In this document: in pieces, positions 59,297-64,000 of the stretch
Numbering within the stretch: the stretch's first letter is position 1
Layout: each line of letters opens with the position of its first letter
Assembly: GCA_963749495.1 (NCBI GenBank)
Contig: CAVVMW010000012.1
Span: 256,001 to 320,000 of the forward strand
Source of the DNA: an uncultured bacterium
GTDB taxonomy: Bacteria > Verrucomicrobiota > Verrucomicrobiia > Limisphaerales > UBA8199
Length of the DNA stretch: 64,000 nucleotides
Direction: 5' to 3'
Position numbers and translations under genes: made by a program
Notes under the pieces: generated by a model
What the model saw: only the letters and a program-made list of their open reading frames with translations
Told to the model about the DNA's origin: nothing
The model's database searches: none

Positions 59297-60871
59297 ATGT
59301 CGGCACAATCCACGCCCAGCACGCCGCGAGATTTCAACACAACGGCCATTCTGCTTCATGCAAGTGACAACGTCGCGGCGCTGAAGGTTTCTGTGAAGGC
59401 CGGAGATGAGTTGGTCAAAGGCCCATTCACGCTGCGGGTGGCGGAGGACATCGGGCCTGGGCACAAGATAGCGGTCGAAGAAATCGCCCCCGACGCGCCG
59501 GTGAGGAAATACGGCCAGGTCATCGGCTTTGCACGGGGCCGCATCGCTCCGGGCCGGCATGTCCATACGCACAATTTGGTCATGAAGGATTTCGGGCGGG
59601 ACTATCAATTCTGCGCGGAGGCGCGCCCCGTCCGCTATTATCCGCCGGAGCAAATGCGGCATTTTCAGGGCTATGCTCGTCCCGGCGGGCGGGTCGGGAC
59701 GCGCAACTACATCGCGGTCATCTCCAGCGTGAACTGTTCCGCCTCGGTCTCGTGTTATGTGCGGGACCGTTTTCGGACGGAGTCCTTCGGGCGCGATTAT
59801 CCGAACGTGGACGGGGTGGTGGCCTTCACGCACAAAGGCGGCTGCGCGACCGACCCTGGTGAAGGGTTGCAGGTCCTCCAACGGGTGCTGGCCGGGTTCG
59901 CCCGCCACCCGAACGTTTCGGGCTGCGTGCTGATCGGTCTGGGCTGCGAAACCAACCACCTCGAGGCGCTGCGCGAGGCCGGCGGACTGGACGAGCTTCG
60001 GCCCGGCGAGACGGCGCCGGTGTTCCTGAACGTTCAAACTGCCGGCGGCGTGCGCAAGACGGTCGAGGCGGGCGTGGCGGCGGTAAGCCGTCTGCTTCCG
60101 GCGGCCGATGCCCTGCGCCGCGCGCCGCAACCGTTGAGCAAACTCGTGCTGGCGGAGAACTGCGGCGGGTCCGACGCCAACAGCGGCATCACGGCCAACC
60201 CGGCGCTCGGGGTCGCATCGGATGAGGTGGTCCGCTACGGCGGGACCTCGGTGCTGGCCGAGACGCCGGAGATTTACGGAGCCGAACACCTGTTGACGCG
60301 GCGCGCCGCCTCGCGCGAGGTCGCCGAGAAACTGCTCGAGCGAGTCCGCTGGTGGGAACAGCACGCGCTCCAGCACCGGTGTTCGCTGGACAACAATCCT
60401 TCCTACGGGAACAAGCTTGGCGGCTTGACGAACATCTATGAAAAGAGCCTCGGCGCGGTGGCCAAGGGCGGGCAATCGCCGCTGGCCGCCGTTTATCAAT
60501 ATGCCGAGCCGATCGTCGCTGCCGGCCTCTGTTTCATGGACACGCCGGGATTTGACCCGGTGAGCATGACCGGACTGGTTGCGGGCGGCTGCAACATCGG
60601 CGTGTTCACCACCGGGCGCGGCAGCGTTTATGGCTGCAAGCCCGTGCCGTGCATCAAGGTGGCCACCAACACGCCGCTCTACCAATGGATGGAGGAGGAC
60701 ATGGACCTCAACGCCGGCGCCATCCTCGACGGGACCGAGACGGTGGAGCAACTGGGGATGCGCATCTTCGAGCGGATCGTCGCCGTGGCCGGCGGCGAAA
60801 AGACCAAGAGCGAACTGGCCGGCCTGGGCGACGAGGAATTTGCCCCCTGGCAACTGGGGCCGACCTTTTGA
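59297..60871 (+). CDS. Altronate/galactarate dehydratase (UxaA/GarD family) with SAF domain
   Basis: GHKIA, KYGQVIG, HTHN, GTRN, CGGSD, EKSLG, FTTGRG. Confidence 0.93.
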   Translation: MSAQSTPSTPRDFNTTAILLHASDNVAALKVSVKAGDELVKGPFTLRVAEDIGPGHKIAVEEIAPDAPVRKYGQVIGFARGRIAPGRHVHTHNLVMKDFGRDYQFCAEARPVRYYPPEQMRHFQGYARPGGRVGTRNYIAVISSVNCSASVSCYVRDRFRTESFGRDYPNVDGVVAFTHKGGCATDPGEGLQVLQRVLAGFARHPNVSGCVLIGLGCETNHLEALREAGGLDELRPGETAPVFLNVQTAGGVRKTVEAGVAAVSRLLPAADALRRAPQPLSKLVLAENCGGSDANSGITANPALGVASDEVVRYGGTSVLAETPEIYGAEHLLTRRAASREVAEKLLERVRWWEQHALQHRCSLDNNPSYGNKLGGLTNIYEKSLGAVAKGGQSPLAAVYQYAEPIVAAGLCFMDTPGFDPVSMTGLVAGGCNIGVFTTGRGSVYGCKPVPCIKVATNTPLYQWMEEDMDLNAGAILDGTETVEQLGMRIFERIVAVAGGEKTKSELAGLGDEEFAPWQLGPTF

Positions 60872-60983
60872 GAGACACGAGCGCCGTCATGGGTGATGAT
60901 AAGCCCTGCGGGCTGCCGCTTTGTCAACGGTCCTGAGGACGCTGCACAATTTCGCACTCATTTGCTTAACGTCCCTGGGAAAC

Positions 60984-61003
60984 TGTATTAAACACCTAAT
61001 ACA
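60984..61003. promoter_or_regulatory. YtrA-type GntR operator
   Basis: Perfect inverted repeat TGTATTA-N6-TAATACA upstream of the gntR gene. Confidence 0.8.
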
Positions 61004-61048
61004 TTGAGTCTGTGCGCGACACCGGGTCAATGCAATTATCCAGGCATA

Positions 61049-61441
61049 ATGCAACTCAAACTCTCGATTCACGACGGGGCGCCGATCTACCAGCAGATCG
61101 TTGAACAGGTCAAGTACCTCGTGGCCGGCGGGCGGTTGAAGCCAGGCGATGATGTTCCACCCATTCGCGTCCTGGCGGAACAGCTTCGGATCAATCCCAA
61201 TACCGTGGCGCGCGCCTACCTCGAGTTGGAGCGCGAAGGGGTCGTTTCAATGCGCCAGGGCTTTGGGACGACAGTGGCGGAGATCAAGTCCACGGTGCCT
61301 CATCGCGAGAGGCTCAAACTGCTCGCCCGGCCGGCGGACGCGCTGCTGACCCAGGCGCGGCATCTGAACGTTCAACTGGGCGAGGTCTTTGATCTGTTGC
61401 GCGAGCGTGACGCGCTGATGCAACCGGAACCCTCGAAATGA
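61049..61441 (+). CDS. GntR family (YtrA subfamily) regulator
   Basis: PIYQQI...P.IR.LA..L.INPNTVARAY.ELE; short C-terminus; precedes an ABC ATPase. Confidence 0.92.
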   Translation: MQLKLSIHDGAPIYQQIVEQVKYLVAGGRLKPGDDVPPIRVLAEQLRINPNTVARAYLELEREGVVSMRQGFGTTVAEIKSTVPHRERLKLLARPADALLTQARHLNVQLGEVFDLLRERDALMQPEPSK

Positions 61442-62350
61442 AATTCCCTTCCCCCTCTTCGGCCGACGCGGTGATTGCGGTGAGCGGCTTGACCCGGCGC
61501 TTCGGAGCCATAGCGGCCCTGGAGGACGTATCGGTCTTTGTGCCGCGGGGTTCCGTACTGGGTTTGATCGGTGAAAACGGCGCCGGCAAGACCACGCTCA
61601 TCAAACATTTGCTCGGGATGCTCAAGGCGCAGACAGGGACCGTCCGGGTGTTTGGTCTGGACCCCGTCGGCGATCCGGTCGGAGTGCTGGGCCGGGTGGG
61701 GTACTTGTCGGAACGCCGCGATTTGCCCGGGTGGATGCGGGTTGAAGAGTTCATGCGCTACACGCAGGCCTTCTATCCGAAGTGGGATGAGGGTTACGCC
61801 GCGAAATTGCTGCGGCAATTTCAACTGGACCCGCGCCAGGCCATCAGGACCTTGTTCTCAAGGACAACAGGCGAAGGTGGGATTGCTCGCCGCCCTGGCT
61901 TACCGTCCGGACCTGTTGATTCTCGACAAACCCAGCTCGGGATTGGACCCGGTCGTCCGCCGCGACATCCTGGAGGCGATTATTCACACGGTCGCGGAGG
62001 AGGCTCGGACGGTTTTGTTCTCTTCGCATTTGCTCGATGAAGTGGAGCGGATGGCCGATCAGATAGTCATGTTGAGAAACGGGCGGGTCGTCTTGAACGG
62101 CCGCACCGAGGACGTGCGGCGCGGCCACATCTGGGCGGTGCTCGTGTTTGGGGAGCCCCAGCCAGTCGCACCGGTCTTGCCGGGCGCTTTTGCCGTGACC
62201 GGTTTCGGCCTCGAGTGGCGCGTGCTCTTCGGCGGTTCGCATCTGGAATTGCAAGCCGCCGCCGCCGGCATGGCAGCGCGCGTGGTCGATGAACGGACGC
62301 CAACGCTGGACGAAATCCTCGTGGCGCGGGCCGGAGGGAAAGGAAGCTGA
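61438..62350 (+). pseudogene. ABC ATP-binding protein with frameshift ~61857 and Walker B E-to-K change
   Basis: GENGAGKTT; LSQGQ split by indel; LLILDKPSSGLD instead of DEP. Confidence 0.7.
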
Positions 62351-62354
62351 CCCC

Positions 62355-63059
62355 ATGCCCGCCATTCCCACAGCACGACTTGCCTGGCAAACTCCAACCG
62401 GCGCCATACTTTGGGAACTCTGGGCGCGGCAAAAATGGAAGTTCATGTTCCAGGCAATCGCGTTGCTGGTCAGCGCGGTGCTGGCCCAATGGCTCGATGA
62501 GTCTCAACGAAAGAGCGATTCTCTCGGTCCAATCGCGTACCAAGCGGGCGTGCTGGCTGTTTTGCACGCCCTGGGCTGCTTCTGTTATTTGGAGATGGAT
62601 GCGCGCCGGTTCCAAGGCGGCATTCCCGGCCATCTCCTGCTCAAGCCATTGACGACAACACGGCTGGTGGCGGTGCCGATGTTGTGCGGAGGCGCGGTAG
62701 TTGCGGCAGTCTTCCTGGCCTGGGCGGAATTGGTGTGGCGGCCTTTTGGGTTCCCGGCCACGCTATTCGACTGGCTGCCGTGGATTTTAGGCGCGTGCCT
62801 GGTGGGGAAGCTCCTGGGCTCGGCCGCGGCGTTCAACCTTGGCTTGCGCCGGAAAACCGTGACGCGCGCCGCGATCGGTTGGATCATTGCCGCGTGGCTC
62901 GCCAGCGGGCTGTTCGTCGCTGTTATCGCCAGGAGCGTGTGCGCGCGCTTCGCTGCGCCGCAACTGTGAGTTTGGGCCGCGCTGGCCGGATTCTGCCTCT
63001 TGCCGTTCGCTGGATTGTCGCTTGCTCCGTTGGCCCTGGCATGGAATCGTCATCGGTAG
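62355..63059 (+). pseudogene. ABC membrane component with in-frame TGA at 62967
   Basis: Reading continues in frame VWAALAGFCLLPFAGLSLAPLALAWNRHR to TAG 63059. Confidence 0.65.
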
Positions 63060-63296
63060 CCGCGAGCACGACCAACGTCATTTGTGGGATTGAGCCTCAG
63101 CCGTCCCTTTGGGACCCGGGTGCGTTGGCCACCGCGACCCTAACGTTGAAACGATCGCATTAGGGAGAGGGCGCACGACAGAATTCTTCGCTGCCGCCTA
63201 AAGGCGGCAGGATGGCCGGTCGAAGAAATCCGTCGTGCGCCCTTAGCAAGAGTTCCCTTGCTTGCGGAATAGTCCGCGGTACAAACTCGCGACAAT

Positions 63297-64000
63297 ATGA
63301 AAACGCCCAGCCTTGCTCGAGTGATTGTGTTTCAGGCCGCACTGCTCATGGCGGCGGGTGGTTTTGGACAGACCCTCAAGAGCCTGGACCCGCCGGTGCT
63401 CCTTCCTGATGGCACGGAATTCAAGACCTGGGAGGCGCCCCTCCAGTTCACGCGGACCTACTATGTGGACGGGTCGAATCCAACGGCCGCGGATGGCAAC
63501 CCGGGCACCCAGGAGCAGCCCTTCGCCACGGTCAACCGGGCCGCGCAGGTGCTCGGCCCGGGCGAACGCGTCATCGTGGTGGCCGGCACTTACCGGGAAC
63601 GGATTCGCCCCGCCCGGGGCGGAACGGGCCCGGACCGGATGATCAGCTACGAAGCCGCCCCCGGCGCTCGAGTGGTCTTGAAGGGCTCGCGCGTGTTTCG
63701 CGAACCGTGGACTCCAGCCGATTCGGCTCTGCCAACCCGGATTTGGCAAGCCCGCCTTGACCCGAAATACTTCACGAGCTACAACCCCTTCGACATCGAG
63801 AACGTCACCGCGCGTCAGTTCGACATCATGGATTTTGCCGCGCCGCTGCGGGGCACGGCACCCTGCAATTTGCCGCGAGGGCTGGTTTTCCAGGACGGAC
63901 GGCGCCTGACGCAGGCCAGCAACCGCTCCGGCCTGGAGGGACATGAAGGCCGCTATTGGGTGGACCGCGCGAACCAAGTGCTCTTCGCCAGCTTCTTCGG
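63297..64000 (+). CDS. Secreted DUF1565/right-handed beta-helix protein, 3'-partial (absent from the ORF track)
   Basis: MKTPSLARVIVFQAALL...TYYVD...DGNPGTQEQPFATVNRAA.VL.PG..V.V..GTYRE, open to the window end. Confidence 0.85.
   Translation, partial: MKTPSLARVIVFQAALLMAAGGFGQTLKSLDPPVLLPDGTEFKTWEAPLQFTRTYYVDGSNPTAADGNPGTQEQPFATVNRAAQVLGPGERVIVVAGTYRERIRPARGGTGPDRMISYEAAPGARVVLKGSRVFREPWTPADSALPTRIWQARLDPKYFTSYNPFDIENVTARQFDIMDFAAPLRGTAPCNLPRGLVFQDGRRLTQASNRSGLEGHEGRYWVDRANQVLFASFF

Noticed and set aside
560..61860. Frameshifts at ~565, 8690, 11666, 12402, 15195, 29622, 39828, 48336, 57618 and 61857 as programmed frameshifting or mass pseudogenisation
   Set aside because: Mostly single-base indels in short homopolymers, including in rsmA; long-read consensus error is the simpler explanation until reads are checked.
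62967..62969. In-frame TGA as selenocysteine or Trp recoding
   Set aside because: Membrane-protein context with no Cys motif; TGA is an ordinary stop in many genes here.

Overview
GC-rich bacterial DNA, most likely a subdivision-3 Verrucomicrobia (Pedosphaera/Limisphaera-like) genome. This is inferred from the surface-protein style, the ECF plus Ser/Thr kinase pair and the repeat families. About ten single-base indels, mostly in short homopolymers and one in rsmA, suggest an imperfectly polished long-read assembly, so frameshifts are not treated as real by default. Layout: (1) 1-9.4 kb, large secreted Ig/cohesin/dockerin and beta-helix/PKD proteins plus lipoproteins. (2) 9.7-11.3 kb, a duplicated toxin-antitoxin patch with three antitoxins, one intact PIN toxin and three toxin stubs. 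(3) 11.5-25.2 kb, SSS transporter, NDP-sugar C-methyltransferase and epimerase, a MacAB-like cluster lacking an ATPase, nitrilase, lpxD and a GH20. (4) 25.6-34.3 kb, a defence hotspot where pieces of a Type IIG RM gene bracket two intact-looking modules: a PD-(D/E)XK nuclease converging on an HTH-MTase-TRD fusion, and an N6-MTase with an antitoxin-like tail coupled to an HNH nuclease. (5) 34.7-42.9 kb, an ~8 kb island bounded by a duplicated 5' half of tRNA-Val(TAC), carrying an ECF sigma, an STK-WD40 kinase and two secreted proteins; the kinase and the secreted-protein operon share a 35-bp upstream motif. (6) 42.9-55.5 kb, core genes (ilvC, ilvN, queE, class III aminotransferase, rsmA, NUDIX, ileS) heavily invaded by repeats, including a ~424-bp heptamer array in frame inside queE. 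(7) 55.5-64 kb, internally deleted gene remnants, UroD-family and UxaA-family genes, a decaying YtrA-ABC operon with its operator, and a partial beta-helix protein.
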